NCBI RefSeq assembly: GCF_902728285.1
Contig: NW_027104280.1
Coordinates: 547,995-611,994 of the forward strand
Source: Clytia hemisphaerica
Taxonomy: Eukaryota
DNA length: 64,000 nucleotides
Direction: 5' to 3'
Shown here: piece by piece, positions 23,042 to 34,636 of the stretch
Numbering within the stretch: the first letter of the stretch is position 1
Layout of the letters: every line of letters starts with the position of its first letter
Translations under genes and position numbers: made by a program
The notes under the pieces: model-generated
The model's database searches: none
What the model was told of the DNA's origin: nothing
The model's input: only the letters and a program-made list of their open reading frames with translations

Positions 23042-23112
23042 TGGCATCACACAAGCACAAAACAGAAATCCAAGAAGACACATTAAACCCTGTCTGGAAT
23101 GAAACTTTCGTC
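23042..23112 (+). CDS. E-Syt exon 10 (C2A: ASHKHKTEIQEDTLNPVWNETFV)
   Basis: Acceptor cattttag, donor GTC|GTAAGT. NPVWNE C2 motif. Confidence 0.7.
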
Positions 23113-23294
23113 GTAAGTGGCCACGTTCTCACGTTTACTGTATTTCTGTATATTTGGTTGAGTTTAGACGAACTGGATGATATTCCGAGATCTTAGTGCA
23201 TGACTGCCGGAACTGTCCTATGTTATAAGTATTAGGTGCTGCTCCCTCTCAATAGCTTACACGATATTTATATTTTATATTTGCGATATTTTAG

Positions 23295-23377
23295 CTTTTC
23301 GTGGACACGTTGATTGGAACGAAAATCAAATTTGACGTCTGGGACAGCGATCCTGGAAAAGATGACGACCTCGGAAA
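23295..23377 (+). CDS. E-Syt exon 11 (C2A: LFVDTLIGTKIKFDVWDSDPGKDDDLG)
   Basis: Acceptor tattttag, donor AA|GTAAGA. C2 Ca-binding loop D-x-D-xxKDD. Confidence 0.7.
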
Positions 23378-24229
23378 GTAAGAATACATTACGGTTTCTT
23401 GATTAAATAATCATCGATGAAATAATTAAGTTAAAAAATACTCTAACCTCTCGAAGCAGTGAAAAAATGAGTGGTATAATGGAACTGGTTTATTAGCTTT
23501 GTCAAGACATAGTCACTAGTATATTATACGATACTAGCCGGTACCCGGCGTCGCACGCCGGTTAAGCTGTAGCTGAACGCACTAAAAGTCCTTTGGATGT
23601 TGAAGCTGGCTTAAAAAAGCGATCAAATAAACTCTACAACGTTTAACTCTAACCTTCCCCGGGTGTCTTATCTTTTAACCATATTTGGATCGTTTACTGC
23701 CCCCCCCCGTGACATAATTTTTTGTTTAAGTCAAAAGTTATCAGAAAGAGCATCGTTTACTGTACCAGTGTCGTTTGAAACGACTCTGCAGGTAGTTATT
23801 TTTCTCGCTTCGCTCGCGTTAAATATGCCGTCCAGATTAAATGACAATTTTTCAGGAAAAAGTGGGAAGGTCACAAAGAATAGTGCAACTTTTTGTTTTT
23901 ATCAGATCGAAAAAATATAAAATTGTAAGTTGCTTTTTTAAACTCTTGTCATAACTTTTCGAAGTTAAACATAAAAAATGACGTACACACATTTTTTAAC
24001 CGTAACGACGGCTTGAATATTTTTATAAAAAGAAAGAAGTGAACTAATTTTTTCTTATGCTTTATATCGCCCTTTGAATGTTGTTGTTGTCCACAACCTT
24101 TTTGATTTTTATGTTTTGATTTACTTTTGAAATATTCTTTTCTAAGAAATGAAATTGTTTTGTTTTGAAAAGAATTCGAATGTCATTAATAAATACGATC
24201 GTTAAATACATTCGAAAACATTTAAAACA

Positions 24230-24880
24230 AAAGAAGAGAGAAAAAGCATGGAGGTATAAAGAAACAGGAGAAGTATGCTATTGTAACCAAGCTCGCCCTA
24301 CGATTAAAAAAGTTACGATGTATGCATGCTCATAATCTCATATATCGTGCATTTTTAATGAGCTCTTTTATCCATAGGTGAAATCCTATTGGCTCATTTA
24401 AGCTTTAGAAATTAGATGAGACGAGATTCATTGTTTCTGACATCAGTGTAAGAAAATATTTGGACTAAAAGAAGGCCTGTAAACTTGGCAATCCTTCATC
24501 AAATGATAAGATTTTTCGATCAATGTTTTCCTTAAGGTGAACTCTATTGCTTAATACTTTCCTCCAAAATTCTCCAGCGACTTTATGTCTACAGATTGAG
24601 TCTGAAATCGTGTGTGCTTATAAAGAACTTTTCATTTTCTGGCTTGAGAAAATATCTTTTCAAAACAAAATTGAACGGATAGCGAAATGGAACATAAACT
24701 TGCTTCGTGGACGAATTTTTATCTAATTTTCGTATATTAAAAGGCGAGAATCTTCAATACTGATTATTAGAATGTTCAGAATTTCTTTTGATACATTTTA
24801 TAAAAGAAATCAAAAGACTTTAACGACCAATTACCGACACATTCAACTCCTGTTTTTCTTTATACCTCTATGGAAAAAGG
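24230..24880. mobile_element. MITE with TIR ...AAAAGCATGGAGGTATAAAGAAACAGGAG / CTCCTGTTTTTCTTTATACCTCTATGG
   Basis: Inverted termini at 24231 and 24845. Partial copy 42365-42440 (ACTTTAACGACCAATTACCGA...). Confidence 0.5.
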
Positions 24881-25286
24881 CAAGTCTGGGCAGAAGTTAA
24901 AATTATTAAATGTAGATGGGCCTTAAATTTCAAAACAAAGGCTTAATAAAGTCTAAACCAAGCTCTATCCGATCTTTTGCAAATGGCGCGAATCCAATAG
25001 AACAAATTTGTGGAGCAAGAGACTAAAAGTCATAATTTTAAAACACAAACAAAGCGAAAACGAAAGTGGTGACACACAGACACACAAAGCACCGCTATTA
25101 ATATATAGATTCATAAACCCGAGGTCAATTTTCAAAATCTAAGCCTCGTTATTTTGTTAAGCCCCTTTGTTCAAAGAGACCAAACATTTGAACTTTGTAA
25201 GAACATCCAATCCTAAATGAAAACTAGACAGGGGCGAGCCAAAGTTTACTGTTTTTATAAAATACCTATCTTCTCTTTTCTGTCAG

Positions 25287-25338
25287 GGCGGACATAAGCA
25301 TCCTTGATATCGTGGAGAAACAAAATTTTAAAGAACAG
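25287..25338 (+). CDS. E-Syt micro-exon 12 (ADISILDIVEKQNFKEQ)
   Basis: Found by phase requirement between exons 11 and 13. Acceptor ttctgtcag, donor CAG|GTAATG. Aligns with vertebrate E-Syt SLMIDLIEVEKERLLDEW. Confidence 0.6.
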
Positions 25339-26781
25339 GTAATGGTTTTCAATCTGTAGTGTAGTGGCTTTGTTCTCTAGTGGTTCACGCCTAAGTAGAT
25401 ACAATGATTCTAACTTTACGATTCCTAAGACAGTCGCCTTACGCTCACTTCATCCGCTTAGCATAGTTATTTCCGGACTAGACTCTCGGCTGTTCCCTGA
25501 TTACTGTTTTTATCCTCGTTTCGACTAATTTCCCTAGCTTGTGAGTACGAAACACGGCTGTTCTACAGTCTACTGCAAAGGGAAGCCGTTTATCATCAGC
25601 CTGGAAACTAACGTTCGAGATTTATCGTGAACGTGATTTCCCATACCGCGTCCCATACAATCTGATAAGTTGGTTTCTCTTCATTTTTGAAACATTCTTT
25701 GTCATTTCACATAAAATAATTGTTTTCTCTACCGTGTGCACCAAAAAAAAGTATACAGGTTTGTTGAGATATTGTGAGCTTCAGGATTTAAATTTTTTGT
25801 TCATTCTTTTTTTATCGTATAGAGGATGCTCTAACTTGAATTTTGAGCTATCATACAGTACATTAAATTTGAAAAAGTAGTTCGAAAGTTATTTGAAAAA
25901 AATTGGAAACATAGTAATTTAGCTTTCCAAAAATGTATAACAAGTGCTTCTAACAAAACAGTCGAGCGATTTTACAAAATGCCCTCTACTATAGCTTGTT
26001 TTAACATATTTTTAAATTCCGTAACGTATTTTGATGAACACAGTTGCATTTTTTGGTATTTTTTTGTGTAAAGAAGGTAAGTGTCAAGCGAAAAGTTTGC
26101 TCGCTGTTTTTAATGATTTTTTGAAATTTCGACATGGAAAAATTTAAATCCTGAAGCTCACAATATCTCGACAAACCTGTTTTGGTGCACCCGGTAGATT
26201 TCTGAGCCAATATGAGCACAGAAAACTGTGCTAGGTTTCTCCTGGCAACCGAATCAACGGGTAGGCCAAGAGCGGAGAGTAGTTTGTTCCGGTAGACCCG
26301 TTCCTTATGCTGTGATCCCAACGTAATGGTCCCATTCCAGCGCGTGTTAACTGTTTCAGTCCCAGTGTTTTCACAGCTTCTTTCCCGAAACTAAAAATTG
26401 CATTTAGAGACTACCTCAATCAAGCCTAGGTTTCTCCATGCTATGCATGCTATGCTATGCACAGGCTTCAATTTCATTCGCCTTGTGTGTACTAACAAGT
26501 TTTTGTTTATCTTGCCATTTTCAACAAATATCTCAATTTTAACAAATTACATTCTGTGAAAAGATAATCCAGAAAATATTTTGAAAATGAAGATGGAAAG
26601 TTAAGAAGGAAAAAAGAGGAGCTCGTAGGAGCCGTAGAACCATGTTTTCCGTGTTTCAATAAGATTAGTGCATAATTAAAGCGAAATGAACTTAAAACCC
26701 GAGTGCATTTAGATTTTTTTTGGGACGGAGACTTATGTGAACGTGTGAATGTGGTCTAAATTTTATGTACTTTTTTCTTAG

Positions 26782-26937
26782 AATTTGAAATTGAGTTCTG
26801 GCAAAACTGGATCACTGGACGTGCAATGTGGTTGGTTAACTTTTAGTGATGACGTCACACAAATGCAAAAGCCTTCCATGGATCTAACGTGTACAGCAGC
26901 TTTGTTTGTTACCATCGTCAACGCAAAAGATCTTCCT
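26782..26937 (+). CDS. E-Syt exon 13 (NLKLSSGKTGSLDVQCGWLTF...VNAKDLP)
   Basis: Acceptor ttttcttag, donor CCT|GTGAGT. Aligns with KGKLHLRLEWLTL ... region. Confidence 0.65.
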
Positions 26938-27174
26938 GTGAGTTTTGTCATTTAACTTTTTCTATCGTTAGATGTCTAGAAAACGAAAAGTCTTTTGCGT
27001 TTACAAGGCGCTTAAATAAAATAGATTAAGCTTTCTGTCACCTAAGATTGAATGAACAATGGACTTACTGACAAATAAATGGTTTGATAAAAATTTTCCT
27101 AAACAAACTGCCTAGATTATATGGATGAAAAAACCTTGGTTTTACTTATCAAAGTAACTTGCTAAAATTCTTAG

Positions 27175-27261
27175 GTCATCGACTTTGACAAAAACACGTG
27201 TAACGCTTTTGCTGAAATTGAAGTGCAAGATGGAAAAGACTCCAAGACAAAGCAAACAAAG
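27175..27261 (+). CDS. E-Syt exon 14 (C2B: VIDFDKNTCNAFAEIEVQDGKDSKTKQTK)
   Basis: Acceptor attcttag, donor AAG|GTCAGT. Confidence 0.6.
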
Positions 27262-27941
27262 GTCAGTACATATTCGGTTCATCTAGACTAAACGGGTGAA
27301 AGACGACGAAAAGTGAACCAGCGAAAGAAAAGTTTTGTTATAGGTTTTGGTTTTTACTCCACCTAGAAATGGATGAGTATTTTTTCATTTAATTGCCACC
27401 GCAGGAATCCTAAAGCGACCGAGGATAGCATTCATAGCTTCAAGCCTAAGGATAGTTGGACAAATAGCTCAAAATTTTGCGAAATTGTTTGTCAATTTTC
27501 TTAGACCGGTTAAATGGTTAACCGGTTAAATGGTAGACCGGTATTAAGTTTGTCTTTTTCTTATCCCTAGAATTGATGAATCTAGGAAATTCCCTTTTTT
27601 GGGAAATTACCTTTTCCATACCACAAGTAGTTATTAAGCGCTCCGCGTAGGTTAAACAAACGTGTACATTAGAAAAATAACACATGAGAGCATGGACCGT
27701 TCTTGGGTTTTGGCCAAATTTCAGCATTGTATTTTTATAAAATTATTCTTATAACACTCCCTTGACATATTTGTTAGCATTTGAAGACTGAATTTTGTCT
27801 CAGATCAGATGAGAAGTCAAAAATTACTGTAGGGCTAATACCATTCCTTTTGAAAGCAAATTCAACTCTATGCGTTTTGCTGCGGTGGAACTTAATGAAA
27901 GTTATAGCTAGTTGTAATATTTTAATTATTTCTTTCTGTAG

Positions 27942-28031
27942 ACACAACGGCACACAACAGATCCAGTTTGGAACGAATCCTTTTTCTTCACCATCAAAGA
28001 AATCAAAGAAAACTCCAAAACCACTATCAAG
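27942..28031 (+). CDS. E-Syt exon 15 (C2B: TQRHTTDPVWNESFFFTIKE...)
   Basis: Acceptor tttctgtag, donor AAG|GTACAT. DPVWNE motif. Confidence 0.65.
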
Positions 28032-28047
28032 GTACATATAACCCTTT

Positions 28048-28075
28048 CGTTCGTTCGTTCGTTCGCTCGTTCGTT
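28048..28075. repeat. (TTCG)n microsatellite
   Basis: cgttcgttcgttcgttcgctcgttcgttcc. Confidence 0.8.
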
Positions 28076-28259
28076 CCACAGAATAGCTTTCTCTGAAGTT
28101 TAAACTGTTCAGTCCTTACTTTAATCAGATTCTAATGTTATGTTCTGACATGTCTCTTTCATTACGTTTCTTATTCATGATTTTATTGGTGCAAGCTTCA
28201 TCCAAGATCCTGGATGATTTCCATTGTTGCCAAACTTTTATTTGTTTCATCTTTAATAG

Positions 28260-28412
28260 ATCATGGATCATGGATGTGAAGATTCTTTAGGAGAAATGTC
28301 TTTCAATCTTAATAATTTGCTTTCGGAAGACAAAATGACTTGCAAAAAAACCTTCTCGTTAGAGAACTCTACCGCTAAAAATCCAACGTTGGCGGTTACT
28401 TTGCAATTGAAG
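28260..28412 (+). CDS. E-Syt exon 16 (C2B end: IMDHGCEDSLGEMSFNLNNLLSED...TLQLK)
   Basis: Acceptor ctttaatag, donor AAG|GTAAAT. Confidence 0.65.
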
Positions 28413-28792
28413 GTAAATTTGAAACTTCATTATTAATCATTATTGAACAAAATTATATTCAACATAGATTCCTTGGGAACCACGGTTCTCCAGAAGAAAA
28501 TTTTCTATGATGAAAAGGAAATAGAACTTACCCTTATTCTTTGAAAAATTTGAAATTTTGATGATTTTCCAATGCAACGAATTTTAAAACAAAACAAAAC
28601 AAAGGGAGGACTATAACGAGCCAATAAAGACTTTTTTCCATTTTTTAAAACTCCATCTCACCCTCTTTAGCTGAGAATCTCTCATCTGGCAACGAGCCAG
28701 TAGGATAAAGCATCAATGTCCCCTTCAAGCAAGGGTTTGAAAAGAAACTGTTTCTCAAATATGCCCTTTCCATTTTTTTATTTGCTTGATAG

Positions 28793-28825
28793 GCTCTTGT
28801 CAAAGGAGATGCTGAGACAAAATAA
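28793..28825 (+). CDS. E-Syt putative last exon (ALVKGDAETK-stop)
   Basis: Acceptor ttgcttgatag. Stop TAA 28823-28825 overlapping AATAAA 28821-28826. Model total 574 aa. Weakest part of the model. Confidence 0.3.
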   Translation, partial: ALVKGDAETK

Positions 28826-29959
28826 ATACCAACACAACTATGGACGAAATATTTCATCTTATTCAGTCACGTGGGTTTTATCTCAATGAAATTTTCATCG
28901 CATCTCTATCTGCCATATTTGTTTTGATCATACATCCGCCATTTCGACTTTCACTTTCATTTTGACTTGAATCTCTCAAACAACATCATTCATTCAAACG
29001 ACCCACCACCATTTTTTTTCAATTTAATAAATTTTTATTGGTTTTTTTAAAGATGATCTTTTTTGTAAATAAACTTATATAGGGACCATGACTAGTAGAG
29101 TAATATATTACGGGATTTAATGAAAATAAAAAAACAATTATTCAGACCAAAATTTATTGAAAACGTGAGAGATCTCTTTTGGTTCCTCTCCAGAAATGAG
29201 TCCAGAAATTTTCGTAAACATAAACTTCAAGGAAGAGGGTGATTCAGTGAAGAAAGTTTCTGACGGAAATTCGTGTCGAGTTCGCAAAAAATCTTTACAA
29301 AGAAATTACGTATTAATGAACGAGCTTTTGAATCTAATTTTTACTTTTTCTCAGTAAATAATTTTCTTTTATTATTAAAAGTATCTGCCTCCAAGAAAAG
29401 GATTTTCGTTTTGAAGGTAACGGAAACGTTTCGTCATTTCGCTCCGTCGTAAAACCAAAAATAATTTTTCATTTTTTTCGGCAAACGTTTTGTTTAGGAG
29501 ACAAGTTTCAATGATAACGTTGTGTTCTTGTAGAGTGTTCTTATCTTCTGTTTTTCAAAATCAAGTTTTGGGACAACTTCTTTGTTCCAAGGCACATACT
29601 TCTCAAAAAAGAGCCAGCTCGCTTTCGTGAGTTTCTTTTTTCGGTGAAATCTCAAAAGACGGGCACATTAAATAATTGAACAATTTTTATCAATAGCTCA
29701 AATGGATCCCATTTTAGCAACCCCTAAAATCCCTACTAGAGGGGTCTAGTTTCCCTTGATTGAATTTCATATGTCAAATTATTTCTAAATCTATAATTAC
29801 ATTAAGTAGTAAAATCGATAAAAACATTTTTTACTGGTCAATCATCATCGTCGCTAATGTTGATTTTCATTTTCTGTATGAAGGCATAAAAATAGAATTC
29901 AATCAAATAGCTTTCTTTGCATGTGTACTGTTATCTTCTGTCACTCTTTTTAGAAAATC

Positions 29960-31087
29960 TTGCAAATTATCAAACGAGAAGAAATGCAAATTGCTTTCAA
30001 GATGGCTCCCCCGCAACGAATACAGTTCAACGTCAGCGGAAAGGTCTTTGAAACCATGGTAACCACGCTACAACAATTTCCAGACTCGTTACTTGGTAAC
30101 CAGACATCACGTGACCAATTCTATTGTAAAAGAACCAATCAGTACTTCTTAAACCGAAACGCCACGTGCTTCGAATGTATCTTATTTTTCTACCAATCAA
30201 AAGGCCGGTTATACCGACCCCCGGATATACCGGTCCGAACCTTTTTTGACGAATGTCAATTTTACGAACTTCCCGAATCTTCGGTGTACATTTTGAAAGT
30301 CAAAGAACGGTATTTATTACGGGAGCACATTCGGGAGAAACATTTCCCAAAGAAATACGACGACAATCTTCAGATGTGGCTTTGGCAAACTTTAGAGAAT
30401 CCAAGCATCAATGTCGGTGCAAAATGTTTTTACATTGTTCAAACGATCGCCATCATAATGTCCATCATTTTAAGTTGTTTGGAGAGTTTCAAACATGACC
30501 ACGATGCTCTGAAAGAAGATTACTTCAAAGTGGAGCTCGCTCTTTGTTCCTGGTTCTTCTTGGAGACACTAGCACGTGCTATTGTATGCCCGAACAAGTT
30601 TCGCTATTTCACCTCACTTTTGAATTGGTGTGACATAGTTGCAGTGGCTCCACATTCCATTATATATTCTTATCATGAGGAAACCAAACTCTTGCAACAA
30701 ACTCGTTTTGTACGCGTCTTACGTATATTACGTTTACGTAAGATCTCTCCACGCACGAAAGCGGTATGTCTTATATTAAAAGACAGTGCTTCAGATTTAT
30801 ACCTTTTCTTTTTCGGCCTTTTGATGGCCGTCGCTTTCGGAAGTTCAACCATGTATCATTTAGAGATGACAGACCCACATACTAACTTTACCAGTATTCC
30901 CCAAGGTATGTGGTGGGGCATGCAAAGTTTTCTAACGGTCGGTTATGGAGATTTGATCCCGCAAACAATCGCCGGAAGAATGTTCGCTACTTTGTTTATG
31001 ATCGTTGGCATGGATACTGTCTTGTTACCAGTCCTGTCGTTAATCATGAAATTCGCAGACTTTGTCGCTATCGATTATCTGGACTGA
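29960..31087 (+). CDS. intronless Shaker/Kv1-type voltage-gated K+ channel alpha subunit (T1 domain, S1-S6, pore TVGYGD); probable true start ATG ~30002 (MAPPQRIQFNVSG)
   Basis: ORF track 375 aa. T1/BTB NVSGKVFET...FLNRNATCFECILFFYQS. S4 RFVRVLRILRLRK. Selectivity filter LTVGYGD. Stop 31085-31087. AATAAA at 31099-31104. Confidence 0.9.
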   Translation: MQIIKREEMQIAFKMAPPQRIQFNVSGKVFETMVTTLQQFPDSLLGNQTSRDQFYCKRTNQYFLNRNATCFECILFFYQSKGRLYRPPDIPVRTFFDECQFYELPESSVYILKVKERYLLREHIREKHFPKKYDDNLQMWLWQTLENPSINVGAKCFYIVQTIAIIMSIILSCLESFKHDHDALKEDYFKVELALCSWFFLETLARAIVCPNKFRYFTSLLNWCDIVAVAPHSIIYSYHEETKLLQQTRFVRVLRILRLRKISPRTKAVCLILKDSASDLYLFFFGLLMAVAFGSSTMYHLEMTDPHTNFTSIPQGMWWGMQSFLTVGYGDLIPQTIAGRMFATLFMIVGMDTVLLPVLSLIMKFADFVAIDYLD

Positions 31088-31098
31088 GTTGGGGAATT

Positions 31099-31104
31099 AA
31101 TAAA
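31099..31104 (+). terminator. polyadenylation signal AATAAA for Kv gene 1
   Basis: 12 nt downstream of stop codon. Confidence 0.5.
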
Positions 31105-31189
31105 TGAAAGCTTATACAAACCGGGATGCTCATTTCATTTCTTTGATTCGAAACTTTCCAAGATGAATGTTAAATTTGTATCTGTTCCG

Positions 31190-32257
31190 TTATTTCATAT
31201 TTCTCGAATAAATCAACGTAAATTTTGCGACGATCGAAAGTACAGGCAAAGAAATAGTCACCGCCCCAAACAACATGAAACTCGCTGCAAGGATTTTTCC
31301 CGCCACAGTAAAGGGTGTTATATCGCCATAACCGAGAGTGGTGACAGTTTGTACAGCCCACCAGAGCGATTGAGGGATTGATGTGAAATGGGTGTTAGGG
31401 TGGCCAACGCCCTCAATATAATACATCAGACTCCCACCAAAAATAATCAGTATAGATAAACAAAGCAACAGAAGTTGTAAATCCCAAATGCTTGATTTGA
31501 GAATCGTGCCAACAATTTTTAAACGTTTCGAATGACGTGACAAGCGGAATAAGCGCACAATCTTCAGGAAACGAATGATCCGTAGGAAAGACAAACCATT
31601 GATTTTCTTCTTGGAGCTTGCTAACAATAAAAAATATGGGACCACAGCTGAGATGTCGATCCATGTCATTGCACTTTGTAAGAACAGTTTTTTGCTCGGA
31701 CAAAAGATGCATCTCAAAACGAGTTCACCTAGGAACCAAACATTCAGCACCAGTTCAATGGATTCCCAATGGAAGTCTTTCAGCTCCTCCACCGTTTCCA
31801 AACACGCCACAACGATGGAGAGGAAAACCATGATAAGATTGAACACCGCGTAAACACTCGCCATGTTGGAGGATTCGGGATTTTCCAGGAAGTTCCACAC
31901 ATGGTATTGGCAATCTTTCGTTTCCAGTTCTTTCTCCTCATCCAGAATGATTCCTCTCTTCATTTTCATTTTCTGGATGCTTAAGCTTGGTAATTGAAAG
32001 AACAGACATTCTTCTTCGAAATCGTCCAATGAGATGTCCAGAGGACACGTCAGCAAGCCTCGTGATTGGTAGAAATATAAAATGGCGCCAAAAGAAATGC
32101 GATTTCGATTGAAAAAGTATTGCTGTCTTGTATCACAGAAGAAATTGTTTCGTTTCTCATTGTCTCCTAGCAACGTGCCTGGAAACCTCGACAACGTTTT
32201 TGTATATGTTTCGTATATCTCACCACTGATGTTCAACGTGACTCGAGAAGGTGACAT
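31190..32257 (-). CDS. intronless Shaker/Kv1-type voltage-gated K+ channel alpha subunit (355 aa)
   Basis: ORF track. T1 NISGEIYETYTKTLSRFPGTLLGD...YFFNRNRISFGAILYFYQS. S4 LRIIRFLKIVRLFRLSRHSK. Pore TTLGYGD. S6 ISLPVLSIV. Confidence 0.9.
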   Translation of the reverse strand: MSPSRVTLNISGEIYETYTKTLSRFPGTLLGDNEKRNNFFCDTRQQYFFNRNRISFGAILYFYQSRGLLTCPLDISLDDFEEECLFFQLPSLSIQKMKMKRGIILDEEKELETKDCQYHVWNFLENPESSNMASVYAVFNLIMVFLSIVVACLETVEELKDFHWESIELVLNVWFLGELVLRCIFCPSKKLFLQSAMTWIDISAVVPYFLLLASSKKKINGLSFLRIIRFLKIVRLFRLSRHSKRLKIVGTILKSSIWDLQLLLLCLSILIIFGGSLMYYIEGVGHPNTHFTSIPQSLWWAVQTVTTLGYGDITPFTVAGKILAASFMLFGAVTISLPVLSIVAKFTLIYSRNMK

Positions 32258-34562
32258 TCTTGTTTTGTTTTGTTTCTATGGGGAAATCGATATATTTAAT
32301 CACAAGAAGACGTTCTAATCTAGGATAATTCATCGTAGTCTCCAAGAATAGCAAAATTTTGTATTATAAAGTCTCTTACACCTATATTACTCTCAAAACT
32401 AAATTTGTCGTAACTCTCAATATTTCAAATTTATATCTTCTCCTATAATAATTGTTATAATATAAGGCTCATTTCCTTTCGGAAAATTTATCCCATAAAA
32501 AGATGAAACTGTTTTTGATTCCAACGTTAAGTTACAGTCATCAATAAATTTTCTCTTCAACTTTTGTTTAACGGCCCACTGAGATCTCTCTAACTGAGAC
32601 AGTTACTGTGGCGATAATGTTCAAACGAACGCGTAAAAGAAATTATAATATTTATCTTATAATGTTTTCAGAAAGTTTCCAAAAATATTAGACTGCTTTC
32701 CAGGGTGCATCTCCAAATAAATATAATAGTTTTTAGATTGAAACGATTTGAAGGACTAGGGTGAGTGAACAAGAGCAGTTTGAAGTCCTTTCTCTTGTGA
32801 ACTGAATCATCATCTAACGTCTCGATAACCTGATAAAGTCCCACGTCTTCATAACTCAAACCACACTCAAAATCGAACAAGCTTTTAAATATAACTCGGA
32901 CTGATGTTAAATGTACCATTAGGAGTGACGCCTAACTACTCTTAAGACCATCATCTGAATCTTGAAATCTCCACCAATTTGCTCGAATCATAAGCTTTGA
33001 AAACATTAAACAAAAAAGTATTTTAAAATCTTCGTCTTTTAACAAGGATGATATTTCAACAATCTGTCTACTGAATTTCTTCAATTCTTTATCAAAATCA
33101 TTAAACCTTCTCTGTTTTCCAAAAAGCATAATTAATAAAGGAAAGAGTATCATTAAATTTCATGGATTCCTATCAAAACGTCTCGAACTTGTTTCCCCCA
33201 TCCCATCTGCCACCTCGAGTCTTTCTTTCACTCTTAAACCTGAACACATTTCCTGAGACATCCTGCAGACTGAATGACTTTTTATTTAACTAGTTTTAAA
33301 CCCAACGAACCCAACCCTTTTTGTTTATTTTCTGCTCTTAAAAATATTTGCTTTCAGCTTTTTCAGTTCAGTTTCAGGAGAAGCTTCATCTATATTCACA
33401 AAGATTCAAAAATGTCTGATAAATCCGAAAAGAAATTCTCTCCCAAATTTCAAATCAAGAATTCAATGGAAAAGAAGAAAAGCAAATGCAATTAAAGGTA
33501 TTATATCGTAAATAAAGCGAATCTTTTGAACTCAATCATCAAGCTAATTTATAGCACTTCAATGTTATAAAAGTTGATCAAAATACGCCTTGACCCTTGA
33601 AAAAGCCTGGATTATATTCTAGTAGGGCTGAAATGTCGTCAAATTCAGACATTAAGTCCCAAAATCCTTTTGTAGCGTTAGGTTTGTCTAAGCTGTTTTA
33701 TCTGTTTGAGGTTAGGTCTAGGGTTTGGCTATTAGAGGCAAGGTCAGTTTAGGCATGTTTTTGTTAGTCAATTTAAGTTCATTTAATGCATTCAATTCTT
33801 GTCAATATTCACTCAATTAGTCATTATATTCAAATATCCAAAAACATCAATTACTTTTGCCAATTTTCTAAGATCAATTTCTCTAGTTTATTTTCTAATT
33901 GTAATTTTTCAATCAATTTTTCAGTTTGAACATTATCAACATTCCAAACGTGAGCTGACTCCAATTCCTGTCCAATTCCGGTCATTCCCCAACACTTAGT
34001 AAAACTCTTATCCTATCAAGGCTCTCAACTTAGTTCTTTTACATTAGTCTCAAGTCTTAAGGATGACAATATTCAAATTTCAAACGACATTTTCCTGGAT
34101 GTTTTCTATTTGTATGTTCTTTTATTCCAGTCATTTCAAGTTTCATTCATTATTTTCTGCGCAGGGTGTGCGGATGAAGAGAAGCTGTTAACAATCTTCA
34201 TCAGGGTGAAATGCTGAGATCAAAAAGAAACTTCGAATAAGTCTACTCTAATGAAGTCGGATTCTATGACGAGTTGGTACCAGGTAACTACTATTTTAAT
34301 GTCTGAATCATCCTTTCAATTATTAGACTAGGTCAAGTTTACTTTAAAACAGGATTTGGAAATTTCTGTTCATTTTAACCCTTCTTTAATGTGCATTCAC
34401 TCCTTAAAATGTTCAAAATAATTACATATGACTTATTCGATGACGTCATTAAGTCGTGGGTGGGAAACACTTTAAGGGACGAGGAGCTGAAAGAGGTTCT
34501 TAGGGAGGGGTGGAGAGAAAATTTCTTGTAGAAGATATATGTATTTCTTTTTAAATTTACTA

Positions 34563-34636
34563 CAAGACACCCCCTTCTCACAGACCCACTGGAAACCCAT
34601 CCCACTGGAAAAATTGGGTCTGTAAGAAGGGGGTGT
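34563..34636. mobile_element. miniature copy of MITE family A (CACCCCCTTCTCACAGACCC ... GGGTCTGTAAGAAGGGGGTG)
   Basis: Both 20-bp TIRs present with ~35 bp interior. Confidence 0.6.

Noticed and set aside
29000-32300. Prokaryote-style operon or defense-system interpretation of the window
   Set aside because: GT-AG introns with consistent phases, signal-peptide exons, and metazoan-specific genes (E-Syt, Kv, GPCR, ZSWIM2) show this is animal nuclear DNA. Operon logic does not apply.
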